A stretch of 64,000 bases of DNA from assembly GCA_964019425.1 (NCBI GenBank), contig OZ025798.1, forward strand, positions 434,001-498,000, given 5' to 3'. The stretch is from Flectonema sp. DT1601. Taxonomy: Eukaryota. Shown piece by piece: positions 33,313 through 46,500 of the stretch (positions within the stretch are counted from its first letter, which is position 1; each line of letters starts with the position of its first letter). A program made the position numbers and the translations under genes. Under the pieces are notes generated by a model that ran no database searches, was not told the origin of the DNA, and saw nothing but the letters and a program-made list of their open reading frames with translations.

Positions 33313-35649
33313 TTAGCGGTTACAAAGTTTCGGAAGGGATGAAACTGCAATATAATCCGTCAACCAAGCACTGCTGTTCATCGACACAGACGTTGATTCA
33401 TCAGATTTCTGAATGTTGGAATGCCATTGATCTGATCTACAACTAACCATACTCGCTACTTTCTGTAGAATAGTATCACTCGGTAGACACTCATTCCCGA
33501 TTGCTTGACTGTCTCCTTTGAAAAATGCTTCGCTGTATGCCTCACTCCAACCCCAATCGTCATCTTGCACTACGGGATCTCCAACTTTTCTTAGAAAAAA
33601 TGCTTTTAGTGCCGCAACACGAAGTTGGTTCACTTGCATCCCATCGTCCCATATATCAACAGGACGGAAAAGTCTTTTGTATTGAGGATCTGATTTATTA
33701 ACTAGAGCGGGTACACCCATGTCATAAGCTGCTTGACATAGTCTAACAGAGACGTTCACACAACTGCCTATTATTGTTACGAATTTTTGAGTGTTAGTAC
33801 CAACCATTCCACAGATGGCACGTCCATAGCAGATTCCCATGGTGAAGTGATTTTCCAATACGTTTTGAATAAACGAACAGAATCGCAATGATTTTTCAAG
33901 ATGTTCTAGAACCTGTCTTACTGTATTCCACCCAATGATTAAATTAGCTCCGAATACAGCAGTCACGGTTCCTTCGGTTCTTTCCATAAGCTGAATAACT
34001 TGACTAATCCATTGGTTCACTTCATTTAGTGGATCCTCAAGCTCAGAAAACTGTGAAACCTTTGCTACTGTCAAGTGTCGTCTTTTCGCCTTAAGATTCA
34101 TGGAACCAAAATCAATAGATGCTTGAGGACACAAGTTCATGTTGTCACTGCTGGCATCACTAGAACCTGTAGTTGATGGACATGAACATATCAAAAGAGA
34201 TTGTCCGTTAGAATTACGTCTAAGTACAGCAATATCTGTTTCAGGGATTCCTTTCATTTCCCTACGAAGATGGTTGATATGCCAGTCTTCACCTTCAATC
34301 AAATACAGTTGAGATGCGCATATTGTAACAGCACCTGGAATCCCAACTCCTTCAAGACGAGCAGCTTTATTAACAGTTCGTCCAAAGTAGTCTGATCGAC
34401 CCCATAAATCGTTGTATTCAACTTCTACTTCTCCACAGCAGATGCCAATTCGTGCCATTAACCCGGTCCATCCTTCTTGTTGATGCTCATCAGGAACTCG
34501 TAGATCAGTTGGCCAATTAGCAACTTGAAGTCCTTGTTGAACAGCCATCCCAAAACGACATCCTTGTAACATTGTTTCGAAAGCTACCATGAAAGAGTCG
34601 CCGATTGTTTTAACTTCGTATCCATAAAACTGACTAATAGCTTTTCTTATAATTAAATTATGAATTCGCAATGCTCGTTTCATAGCATCTGGTGAGGCCT
34701 CCCAAGTAAAAGTTGATGACTTTATGTCTGTAAATACAATAGTTGCTATTCCGGAAGTGATTCCCGGAACATCTTGACGCGTAGAGACTATGTCACCTTC
34801 ACCTGTGTGTATATCAAATAGAGAATCTGGTATGTATGGTCTGTAGTCGTGTAAATTACCAATTAATTGAGAGAGAACACCCGCAAGAGGATTCTCTGCA
34901 TCAGTTTCAATCCAAGAAGTTGCATTTTCAAGATCGAGTCTGATTAGCTCTGACACAACTGTTTCTGCTAATACAATACTTTTTTGAAGTTTTAACTTTT
35001 CGTTAGTGACGCTGTTTGAGAACGATTCTATGAATGACTGGTGTAGGATAACCATACAGATGAACATGCTATAGATGTTGAATTGTACTGAATTTACACT
35101 GCAGGGAAGACCTGACAGATCTTTTGATTGACCAAATCCAATACAATGAAGTGATTCTATCCTGTTACTCATTTGAGCTGTTCCAGGCATGTCATACAAT
35201 CCGAATCGATATCTTGACTCTAGCATATCGGATACCAAATACACTACTACCAGACCTGCTCCAAATCTACAAAATTGCTTTGGTAGTCTGCAAACCACCG
35301 ACACATCGAGTACCAGAAGGCATATCGGCCAAACCTTTGGGCTCATATAACTCGACGCATATATGTCAGTCATCATTGTGCCTACTATGTATATTGTTAG
35401 TAGGATTTCTATGTGAGTTTCGGGAAGTTCTTTTGTAAAATAACAATGTATAATGATGACACATGTTGATATGAGCACGAACATGATGGCTATCGGACCA
35501 AGTTCCAACATTGTAGGACGTTGAAATACCATGAAAAGTACTGAAATCACTATTGTCGCAAGTCCAACGGTGATAACCAAGTCTTTTCTACGTTTTAGAA
35601 TAGCATTTTCATTGGGGACATAGAATCGAGAAAGCACCCATGCGATCAT
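33313..35649 (-). CDS. Multi-TM adenylate cyclase with one intact and one degenerate class III cyclase domain (778 aa)
   Basis: About 6 hydrophobic segments. Domain 1 has ATIVFTDIKSST, YEVKTIGDSFMVAF, RIGICCG and DYFGRTVNKAARLE (all catalytic and ATP-specifying residues, kinetoplastid-like style). Domain 2, EGTVTAVFGANL...GICYGRAICGMVG...IIGSCVNVSVRL, lacks the aspartates. Confidence 0.92.
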   Translation of the reverse strand: MIAWVLSRFYVPNENAILKRRKDLVITVGLATIVISVLFMVFQRPTMLELGPIAIMFVLISTCVIIIHCYFTKELPETHIEILLTIYIVGTMMTDIYASSYMSPKVWPICLLVLDVSVVCRLPKQFCRFGAGLVVVYLVSDMLESRYRFGLYDMPGTAQMSNRIESLHCIGFGQSKDLSGLPCSVNSVQFNIYSMFICMVILHQSFIESFSNSVTNEKLKLQKSIVLAETVVSELIRLDLENATSWIETDAENPLAGVLSQLIGNLHDYRPYIPDSLFDIHTGEGDIVSTRQDVPGITSGIATIVFTDIKSSTFTWEASPDAMKRALRIHNLIIRKAISQFYGYEVKTIGDSFMVAFETMLQGCRFGMAVQQGLQVANWPTDLRVPDEHQQEGWTGLMARIGICCGEVEVEYNDLWGRSDYFGRTVNKAARLEGVGIPGAVTICASQLYLIEGEDWHINHLRREMKGIPETDIAVLRRNSNGQSLLICSCPSTTGSSDASSDNMNLCPQASIDFGSMNLKAKRRHLTVAKVSQFSELEDPLNEVNQWISQVIQLMERTEGTVTAVFGANLIIGWNTVRQVLEHLEKSLRFCSFIQNVLENHFTMGICYGRAICGMVGTNTQKFVTIIGSCVNVSVRLCQAAYDMGVPALVNKSDPQYKRLFRPVDIWDDGMQVNQLRVAALKAFFLRKVGDPVVQDDDWGWSEAYSEAFFKGDSQAIGNECLPSDTILQKVASMVSCRSDQWHSNIQKSDESTSVSMNSSAWLTDYIAVSSLPKLCNR

Positions 35650-35789
35650 CTTACCTATGAGGATAAATAGTAATAAATATATTAAAAATATGAGAATACC
35701 AAAAATGTTACTAATTTCATGTTTCATCTGAGTCGGTCTCTGTCGTGAAAATAAATAGTATTATAAATAAATGAAAATTTTCTCAAGTA

Positions 35790-35820
<31 letters not shown>

Positions 35821-37520
35821 TTTTCGATGACAACTAAATATGTTGGCATTCAGTCGTACTGAAGGCAGAAAAACCGCAATTTCGGGGGTTGGGGGTTTAG
35901 GGATATTTTGAAGCCGGTCGGTAAGGCGTTTTTTTCTTCTTTTGCTTCTCCCTTCCATCGAAACCCACCTAATTTCTTACACTAGGTCAAATATTCAATG
36001 TGGCATAAAAGTGCACACGACTACTGAGGTGGTGGTTGGGTGAGAAAACGCGCGGGGACCAATAAGTGCCGCTTGCATTACACCATATCTCAAAACAGTT
36101 ACTAATCCACAGTGGTGGCATACTTAGATTCCATGTGGAATATGTTTATATAAACTAAAAGGGGTTTTTTTTATTATTGTTTTTTTTTAATAATATTTAT
36201 AGGTATGAAAAAGAAAATTCAACCTTTTTTCTACGATTTTGTGTACAAAAAAAACGAAAACTGTATAAGTGGACCACAGGAGGAAAGATGCACGTACTAA
36301 GACGTACAATTATTTTTTTTTTTAATATTGTGAGAGCAAGCTCACGGTCCTCACACTATATCGCTTTATAATATGACTTAGATAACGGAAAGGAGGGTGG
36401 GGGAGAGAAGCGATATCGGAAGGGGAGAATAAGTATAAAAAAAGAATACCAACAATATACAAATTCAGCTAACATGCTTGTAGCCAGCCAGATAGGAAAT
36501 CGAAACAAACATGGAAAGAAAAAAAAAAAAAAAACAGGTAGTACATAAAAGTGTGTCTTGTCTTATTTATTATGGAAGCAGAAAGGTTTTTTTTTTTTTT
36601 TTTTTGAAGAATAATATATCTGATTTACAATCGCTCCATTATATCATATTTTTTTTTTACATCCACACTTTTGCATGGAAGGAAATATAGATCAAAAGTT
36701 CACAATTTCGCTTTCCGCTTTGCCCTCCGTGTTTTTCTCCCTTTTCCTTTTCTCTACTTGCGCCGCTGAAACTAAACCAAACCAACTTAACGTTTTATGT
36801 CTGTTCGTAAAGGGTTTTTTTAATCTCGACTAGCAGCACCAAGCCCTATACAAGTGTTTCTTTAACCCCCATTATACTTCACCTCAGGAATTACCGAACA
36901 AGATTAAAAGGCTCAATTATATTTTTTAAAAAAAAAAAATTGCTTAAGAGCAATGTTAAAAGGCAAAACACTAAACAAAAAGGTCTGAAGCAGCCCAGTG
37001 CTGTTCAACAGCTATACGTAATTTTAATGTAACAAATTGCATTTTTATTTTATTTTTTTATTTTTTTCAAAGAAAAACCAAACAGGTACGAATTTACTGA
37101 CCAAAACCAATTTTTTTCTTTTTTTTTTTTTTTTTGAGAATTCAGAAGAGAATGCTTTTTAGGGGAAGAAGAGGGGTTGAAAAAAAATAAAAATAAATTT
37201 GAATATACGGAATAAGAATTGAAACTCTTGTTTTCTTTTTAAAAATTCTACAAAAAAATTAAAACCGCATCAAACGAACGTCTTCACATTCGCAAACGAT
37301 ATTAGGCTCCGAGTAAGTTATTCAGAGAGAATAAAATAAAATAAAATAAAATATAATCCTATAATGTAAGAAGGGGGGCTAAGGGAAAGCATCTCTGTGG
37401 GGAGTGTGTAAGATAACATCGAAAGTTGACCATCTTTATGAGATACCATTGTGGGAATGAGAAATTGGGGGGAAAAAAAAAAAAAAAAAAAAATTACAAA
37501 AACTGAACAGAATTTTTAAC

Positions 37521-40500
37521 TCAGCCGTTGAAATCAGGATCAGGAGAACCTGAACCAGAAGCTGATGGATAGCTACAAGTATCAATCGATAAATATGATA
37601 TCGTTAGTCTGTGATTACCGTAGTTAGTTTTCAAACGATCTGGAGACCAGATATGAAATGAGACCGCAATATTATCATAAGGCCAGTCAAAATTAATGTC
37701 CATAGTCTCACTACTATCACCAGTACCAGTTCCTACTAAGTTAATACCAGTGTTGTATGGCACTCTTTTGATGAAAACTGTTCTCTCTGCGGATGATGCT
37801 TGATCCACAGCACCTCTCAGGGTACCTACATCTGGATTACTTAAGTTAGCAACACGTACTTCAATTCCACTACTTTGTTGGTTTGGATTATCGACAACAA
37901 AGAATCCAGCACGAATTCGAACATGAGAGTGTGAAGCCAATGACACCAACGGTGACTCCATTCGGGTACCATAATGACGATAGATCACAGCTGCTGACGA
38001 CATAAATTTATAATTAACGAATCTCCATCGAAGCAGTAATTCATCAGTAGCGAATTGACTGAGGTCTTCAAAGGCTGAAATGGTACACAAGTTAGTTGAT
38101 TCATCGTTATTTATTATCCTGTCCTCACAGTTTTCACCTTCATAACCGTAGGCGCAAACACTACACGCAGCTCCTGACCAATTGCCTTCACACATGCAAC
38201 CGGAAGGTTTGCACGATCCTTTACCAGAACAAAATACATCTCTTTTTGCAACTAGCTGGTTGGCTGTATCGAAAACGTCAACGGATATTTTACCAGGGCA
38301 TTCTGTAAGTACCCTTGGTGGTAGTGAGAATCCTAATATACCAATGCTGTCGAGTTGGACTTTACCATTTGTTTTTGATGGATCGATCACTAGTTTTAAT
38401 ACTTTAGATTTCTGTAAAACTCGATGCTTACTATTAGACGTTGGATTCAACACCAGTTGTGTTGTCAGTCTGGATAACGTTCCCTCTGCTGGAGCGTAAA
38501 TTCTACTACTCTCTGAGGCAAAGAATTGTGGTTGAGCTCTACTCCAAATCATCTCAAAAGGACTGCGATTCTCGTTAATCTGTTGTGGTGGTTAATAATA
38601 TGGTAAAATAACTTTTTTTTTTTAGATACCGATAAGATTTAATTAATAACAATATAATAACACACCGATTGGTTTCTTACGCTCGGGTCTCTCACCGCCG
38701 CAGCTCCTCCACCATTGGTGTTGTTTATAATTTGTCCGGAAAGCTGTTTGTTGGTGTTCTCTTTTCGTGAAATGAATACAAAAGATAATCGGTAAATTTT
38801 ACTTTTTTTACTCACTTTTTTTGTCTCGGTAATAAATAAAGTACTCATAATAATACGCTAACTACATACAGTCTCAGGCTTACGTGGTCTTGCCGTCATG
38901 TTGGTAGCGTTTCCAACATTTCCAGCAACTTGGAACTGAAGACCTCCTCCTGCAGCTGCAAAGGCACCTGACAGTGCTGGTTGAGCATAAATCTCAATGA
39001 CTGATCCTGGATTGAGGTTCTCATACACCCACACTTGTGTGATGTAGACGGCCTCTTCAAATTCTACTTCTACGAATCTGTTTTGAGTTATTCTTTTTTT
39101 CGTTATTATTCAAACGTAGGTACGTTATCACAAAGAACTACCACCACATACTGTAAAGCATTCCTCCACTGTGTGCCATAACATTTAGTTGTTGCTGCTG
39201 TGTCTCTTGTGCAGTACGTCTGTAGAGGTTCCCATGCCTTAGCACGATTAGGGAAAGTAGGTCTGTTTTTGAGTTGTTTTTTTAAATATTGCCTGTCAGG
39301 AGAAAGTATTAACTAATAGTAATAGAGCAATCTAATCACATACGAATAGTACTTCGCGGTTGCGTCGGGCTCACCGAGGATACCGTTGACGTTGTGTGGG
39401 TTAACTTGAGTGGAATAATCGTTTACCTTAATTGGGTATTGAATAGGACGAGTCTCAGCAGTGAAGAGCCTGGCATCTCCAACGAGAGCATCTCCGCCTT
39501 CTCGGGACTGAGGTGGTCTCCAGACAGTAGTTTCGCGGGTACACTGTGGTCCACCAAAGCCGAGATGGCATCTATCACAGTGGTCGCCTGCCCAGAATCC
39601 AGTTTCACCATTTCTATCACACAAACAGGTAGAGTTACCAGAACATGTTCCAACATTACAATCATTCTTTGGATCTCTTCCTCTCTTCTCTGATCCACAA
39701 ACTCTCTTTGGGCTATCAAGTGCTACTGATGACACCGCAACACATGTTTCACAAGTTCCACAATTTCTACGAGGGTCAGTTCCCGCCTCAACCCATTGAC
39801 ATATCCCAACATTCTTGCAATGCATGCAATCAGAACTACATTCTGTGTTACAACAGACTCCATCAATACAAAAATTAGATCCACATTGACGGTTTGAATC
39901 ACAAGTCGTTCCGAGTGATCGAAGGGGTTGACAGAGATGACTTTTGCAGAAGTAACCTTCAGAACACTGTGCTGAATAGCTACAGGTAGCCAAACAATGA
40001 GATCCTTCAGCAATGTTGCGATCTGCCACGAGTTGTAATCCACACAAGTATGGTCTGCAGTCAGCGTGACGAGAACAAGGAGCAATTCCTTGTGGAACTG
40101 AATCACTAATAGCAGGTGTCCAAGGAAGGACATATGCACTTCTTGCGTTGTGATCTCCTCTGACTGATATTGCAACTCTAAGACAAAGTGTTGGATGTTC
40201 ACCTAAATAACACTCTTTAGGAATATCATCACGAGATTGATATCCCTGTTTTAATATCTTTGAAGGTCCACACTTTCCATTAACACAAACATAAAGTGGA
40301 GCACAGTGAGCATCTTGATTACAAGTAGTTCTACACTGAGCATTCATGAGAGGTTGTGCTGATCTAGAGAGACCACAACTGTAAGGAGTACAGAAGTCCG
40401 CATCCTTTAATGTACAGCTTGCTGATCCAACATACCCACGAACACAAATACTTCCACTACAGTGGTACTTCCTATTACAGTGTGAGTCAACAGAGCACGT

Positions 40501-43500
40501 TGCCCTGCATGATGCAGCACTGAAGACAAGTTGTGTATTGTTTTTACCACACGCATATGCTCCACAGATAGTTTCATCTTGAGAATAACATAAAGAAGGA
40601 TCTTTAACTTGACGGATGCAGACTCCAGGTTTTCCGGTTGGAGAGTTATTTTCAGGATCAGAATTACACAACTCTGGTGTTGGTAAAGGAACATTCTCAT
40701 CAGTTCCAATAGTGCTGTAAGAAACTCTCTCATCTGCAGGTTGGACTACAGGGAAGGTACAAGTAGCTCCTTCAGCACAGTATTTGTCTGTCCAACAGCC
40801 GCTGAAGCACATGTTACTAATTTCATTACAACCAAATGGTTCACAGATTGATTCATCACCAGTGCAACCTCCAAGTGGAGGTGATGGTGATCCAGCAGGT
40901 ACGCACTCACTTACAGAACAGACGTAACCAATAACACATTGACTATTCTTATTACATGAGAATTTACATGTATCTCCAGGTATCGCTGGAATATCTAAAT
41001 CTAATCCGCAGACGTAAGGATCACAGTAACGACCTTTTCCATAACAACTGCTATCAGTAGCGCACCTAAACTGTTTTAAAGGAGGACATTCACATGCTGT
41101 GATGTCAGGAGCCTGAAGTGGTGCAATTGCACAGTCAACAGTTTCAAAAACTGGTGTTGGGCATCGAGTAGTAAAGAATTGACCTCCAGGACCCTTATCC
41201 GTACCTGCTGGACATGGACTTGTTATTGGACACTCTGATCCTACTAAACAAGACTTGTAAGGAAGGATATCTGTTTTACAACTACAAGCACGAGTTGCTT
41301 TTAATCTATCCATACCAGGTTCCCAAGGTAAATTAATATCTTGAGGACGACCTCTGCAGTCTATTTGAGCTGTCACCGATGATATCTCCGGAGCACATAA
41401 ACTATCAGGACCAGTTCCTTCTTTACAAACAGGTGGTAGTGGTGGTTCACAACCACACGGATGAGGGGCAACTCTATTAAGAACTGGTGGGAAGGTTCCT
41501 TGACAATCAATTTCTAGTGGAACAGAACTCCACTTAGGACAAGCAGACTCTGAACAATAACCAATCGTATCTGATTTACATGTGAATATAGGTAATGGGC
41601 ATCCACATGGATCGAATCCTTTTGAAGAACATGGAAGTTGTTCCAATTCTGGTTCTGGCCAACCTCCACAATCAATCTCAACGCTAATGAGTGTGTTCCA
41701 GTTTGGACAGATTTTGACTCCTGCAGTATCAAACAAGCAAGTTGCTCTTTTTGTTCCCTTATTAGATTGTAATGGAGTTCCATCAGAGTTAGTTGTGTTA
41801 ACAACAGTACGTGGATTACAAACAGGAATTGGAGGACTACTACATCCACAGAAATCTTCTTTCACCTTTAACTTATAGTGATGAATATCTAATAACTGAC
41901 TCTGGCAATCAATAAAGACAGGTGTTACATCTGTTGAGCAAGGCAGGCATTTGTTTGATTCTGATTGACGTTTTGACAGTCTAACGCAGCTTGAATCCGG
42001 ACATCCATAAAACCTATTAAAGTCTTTACGATCGATAGTGTCCTGAACTTCCCAATAATGTGATCTAGTTCCATTTGGACAGATTGTTTGAGCTTTGTTT
42101 TCACACCATTTGTCAGGATGAGGATAACCTTCAGTTCCTGGAATACACTTCAACGAAACAGTACTAGCACCACATGTGTCTTTATCAGGGCATGATAAAA
42201 ACTGACTTGGGAATCCATTGCAATCATGAAACAATGTTGTTGGTGATGGGACCGCACTGCAACAAGCGGTAGCTGATCCTCCACTTGAGCAGACTGGTGA
42301 TTTGCTTAGTGCGCATCTGTTTATTTTGTTGTCATTAATTGTTACTAACAAGTGTTTTTAAAGACGTCTTATTACCAAAGTAAAATCACATACCCACACG
42401 AATCCATTGGGACGGAATGCTGGCTTGGAGAGCACATTGTTGTGCAGTCGACTTCCGGGGCAGGATCCTGTAAAATTATTATTATTTTTAATTTTTTGAT
42501 AAAAACAACAAGTAAATATAAATCAAAGACATACAAGTACATCGAAGTACTCGTTGGCTACCCAACGACCACCTTCAGCACATGTTGTTGGACAGGTTAA
42601 CTTGTCACTGCATACTAAAATAGTGCGAGACAGAGTTGATCCACCCTCAGCATAGATGTCTGTGTATAGCCATTTAACAGGTGCTGGTTCACAGCGATCA
42701 CAAATAGCGCCTGTGTATCCCTTAGAACAGATGCATCTACCGTATAGAGGAAGTGAAGAGTTTGTTTCACATCTTCCTGATGGAGGTGCATCACACTGTG
42801 AGTTAGGACAGGTAGCAGTGTTGCACTCACCGTCATCTTTGCATTTCAGACTTCTGCAATCTCCTCCGAAGTAGTTTGTTCCGCAGGTGTTACAAACATC
42901 ACCAGCCCAGATACCCCTCTGGGTTGGTAGTTGAACAGGATCGACTGTTGAAGTTCCTCCTTGAGTAGCTGACAAGAAGTGATTCAACGTCGCAACATCT
43001 GGTTGAGCATTCGTCTCATACTGCTGCCATGGTTCAGTGAATGGATCTGTAGCAACTGTTGATATCTTCCATCCGGCAGTTCTTTGTAATAAAATACTTG
43101 TAAAGTAAGCAGTAGTAATACTGTTTGCTGTACCTGGTGATACTTCCATTGGAAGGTTTAGCACCTCAAGGCTACCAATTTTAACAGAAACTTCACGTAA
43201 GAATCCATTATACAGTCTTGAGGGGAATCCTGAAGCGATGTTGGCTCCTATTGTGATTCCTTCCTTCATGAATAATAAAGATCTTAGTTTTGGGTCTCCT
43301 TGCTCAGTTTCAGAGATGGAAGAATCACGTGGTTGGAATATAACTTGTTCACCAATGACATCAGTGGTACCAATTTGGATAGATCTGGTGAAGGTGTTTA
43401 TTTTTACTGAAAATAGAATCCACTTCGATGTGAACAGGTCACCCATTCCTGGAGCTACCGCTCGTAGTACTTCACCACTAGAGCCTTCAAGTCTAACTGA

Positions 43501-46500
43501 GACTGCTCCTTTCGTTAGTTTCCCTTCTCTTCCAACATTTAGATCAATCGTGATAGAACTTCCATCAGGATCTCCTGCTCTAAATACTGTCATTGGAGTT
43601 GATATCTCTGTGCACTTTATCTTTGCATCAAATGATAAAGTCTGAAGTGGTGGTACCTTACGGTAGTGAACCAGTAACATAATGGCTTCAATAGTAATAT
43701 CACCCTCAGAAGGTGGTAGTGGTGTTGAATATGTTGATATAATTTTAAGACCACGTAGTTCTTCAAGTGTGACGGATAAATCAAACAATGACTCAACACT
43801 ACGTTCTAAGTCTGATCCACCAGGAGGTGTGTAGAAGGCCGTAAAACTCGTTAACTGAGTTAATGATGTTCCAGCCTTTCTGTCTGAGAATCTCTCATCA
43901 GGTAGGACTACCTGAACCTTTAAATCAATTCCTGAATTTACTCTCGCAGACACCATCAGTTGAATCTTCTCAATATCACCGTGTTCTCCTTCAGGTTGGT
44001 GATTGTTACCAAAGGTTGCTGTAACTGTAGCTCCTTCTCCATAGGCAACAGCTCTGAAGGTACCTCCGTTGATAGTTCTCCAAGTCTTTGGTCTGTAGTC
44101 AGACCATGTACTGTTTCCAGTACAGCAATCAGAAATTCTATAAGAAATAGTATCTGGTACCAGTGCTTTGATATTAAGAGTTTCTGTGATGTGTGTTGTA
44201 TCTTCCCAGGATGTAAAATCAGTTTCTGGTGTGATGGGTCTGTTAGCTGAGAAGACACGAACAGACTCTGGAGAGATTCTATGACCACCTCTACCATCTT
44301 CTGATACTACCCAACCTCCTTCACCAAACCACATTGGCCATGATTGCCTTGGCTTAGTGGTATCACACTCAGAGAAGATACCTATGAAGTTTCCTCCTAC
44401 AATTCCGTTAGTGCTGTAGACACATAAGGAGTCAGTCTTTAGTGAAGCAGATCTTCCATAGACCGCTGGTACGATGACACCCTTATTCTTGACAGTGTTC
44501 GCTTCTCTGATAGCTGCAAGGAGGAGTAATTCTTCAACAGCAATAAACTGATTTCTATCAGTTGAGAAGATCGTTAGTTCAATTGTTGTGATTCCTCCAC
44601 TGACAGTGTTGGTAGCTAATGGGCTGTGCCAGAAAGCACCTCCTTCATAGTTACCATCAGAATCTGTTAATTGAGACCAATAAGAACCAACAGTAGGACC
44701 AAGAGGTCCAAAGATGTCTTCTGTTATCGATCTTTCAAGTGGTCTGAACTCCCCTTGAGTAGTGTCTCCAGCTAATTCTGAAGTCTTCAACACAACACTT
44801 GATAGAGGACGAGTTGCAGACCAAGCTCCTCCGATCATTTCAGCTCCGATGAATGAATTCGTTGCAGCGTCGTTAAAGAACCTACAGAATCGAGGATATG
44901 AATCCTTACCTGAGAACGTCGTACAAGAACAGTACGTAGATGGTCCATCAGGACAACTGAAGTGAGTACATGCAGGAGCTATAAAGTACAATCCATCATC
45001 AGGTTTTCCGTACATCCTAGCCTTGTGAATTTGTAAGATGTGTTGGCAACTTGCGTATTCAGCGTTTGGAGTATCACTCGCTTGACTTCCTGTTGTTGGA
45101 TATTTTAGTTTGCCGTCGCTGTGACTTGTAGCACCCGTGGCTCTTACGAAATAAGATCCATCAAAGAACATTGATGGCCGTAGTGGGGTAGTTAATGCAT
45201 CAGCTCCCTGATCTTGTCCAAAGCAGACACACTTACCATCAGCTCTACAAACACCATGACCAGAACACTCTACTCCATTTGCTCCTGTTGGACACGGAAC
45301 TTTGTTGCACTTAGATCCTTCGTAGCCAAGGGCGCAGGTTTCGCAGTTTGGACCAGCCCAGAAACCATTCCTGTAGTCAGCATTACACTTGCACGGCGAT
45401 GGGACTCTCTCACAGAAAGCCTTACCACATTCTTCGAAGAAGGCAAGTGGGGCATCATCTCTGACGTCATTACCACAGCAAGCAGAATACGCTTCAAGTA
45501 GACATATCTCAGGCCAGTTACGTCGAAGGGCAATGTAGCGAGCATCAGATGGTGAAAGTGCTGCACAGACTCCGTTGTGATTACAAGTTGAAGAATCACA
45601 GTTAAGACTAATTTCACAAGAAGGCTGTCCAGTAGCACACAATTGATCACAAGAGTCACAAGGTTTACTTCCGTCTGAACACAAAGCTAATTCACCATTC
45701 TGACATATCATAGGAGGCGGTACAATAAGTGTTGGACCACAAGTCAAAGCTGGAATACTTGACCCATCAGCTCTACGAACTGAAGTAGTGTACTCCGTAA
45801 AGACTGTGTGCTTTCTAACAGGACTCAGACCGATGTCATCGAATGCTACTAAACAGTCAACTCCACTACTCGATGTTAGAAATGGATCGTTCTTTGTACA
45901 TCTCAAATTTATTACTATGTAGTGAGCACCCGGTGGAGCGATATGAGGAACTGAAACAATACCCCAAGTAGGATATTCTGGTTTACCTCCAATGACACGA
46001 CCTGTTAAACTGAACAGTGGTTCGTTATTTATTGAACGGTATTCAAGTGATATGATGCCGACATCTTCTGTAGGTAGGCCGTCGGCTTTGGCGACGTGCG
46101 TAATTCTACCTGTGAGTGTGTAGGAAGCTAGAGGGATGATACGAGATTCAGATGTATCTCTGCTGGTAACGTAACGCATTTGAGCGAAATGCTTTAACTG
46201 AGAACCTGAAGTAGTTGTCACCTGAGCATAGAAATAAACTTCTCCCTCGATTGCAGCTATGTTGTGTTCTCTGTAAAGCAGTCCGTCAAGTTGGGTTCCT
46301 GCAAACCAGGTTCCTGTGTAACTTGCTTGGTTGTCACGTCCATTGTCTGTCAGATCCCATCCCTCGTCTGATTTTGAAGCAGCCGTGTCGATTCCAAACA
46401 AGAATAGCGATGCCTTCTGATTTAATCTCGCAATCAATGCCCTGATCTGTTCTCCTCCTCCGTTCAATAAAATACTAACTGGAGCTTCACTGTATTTCAC

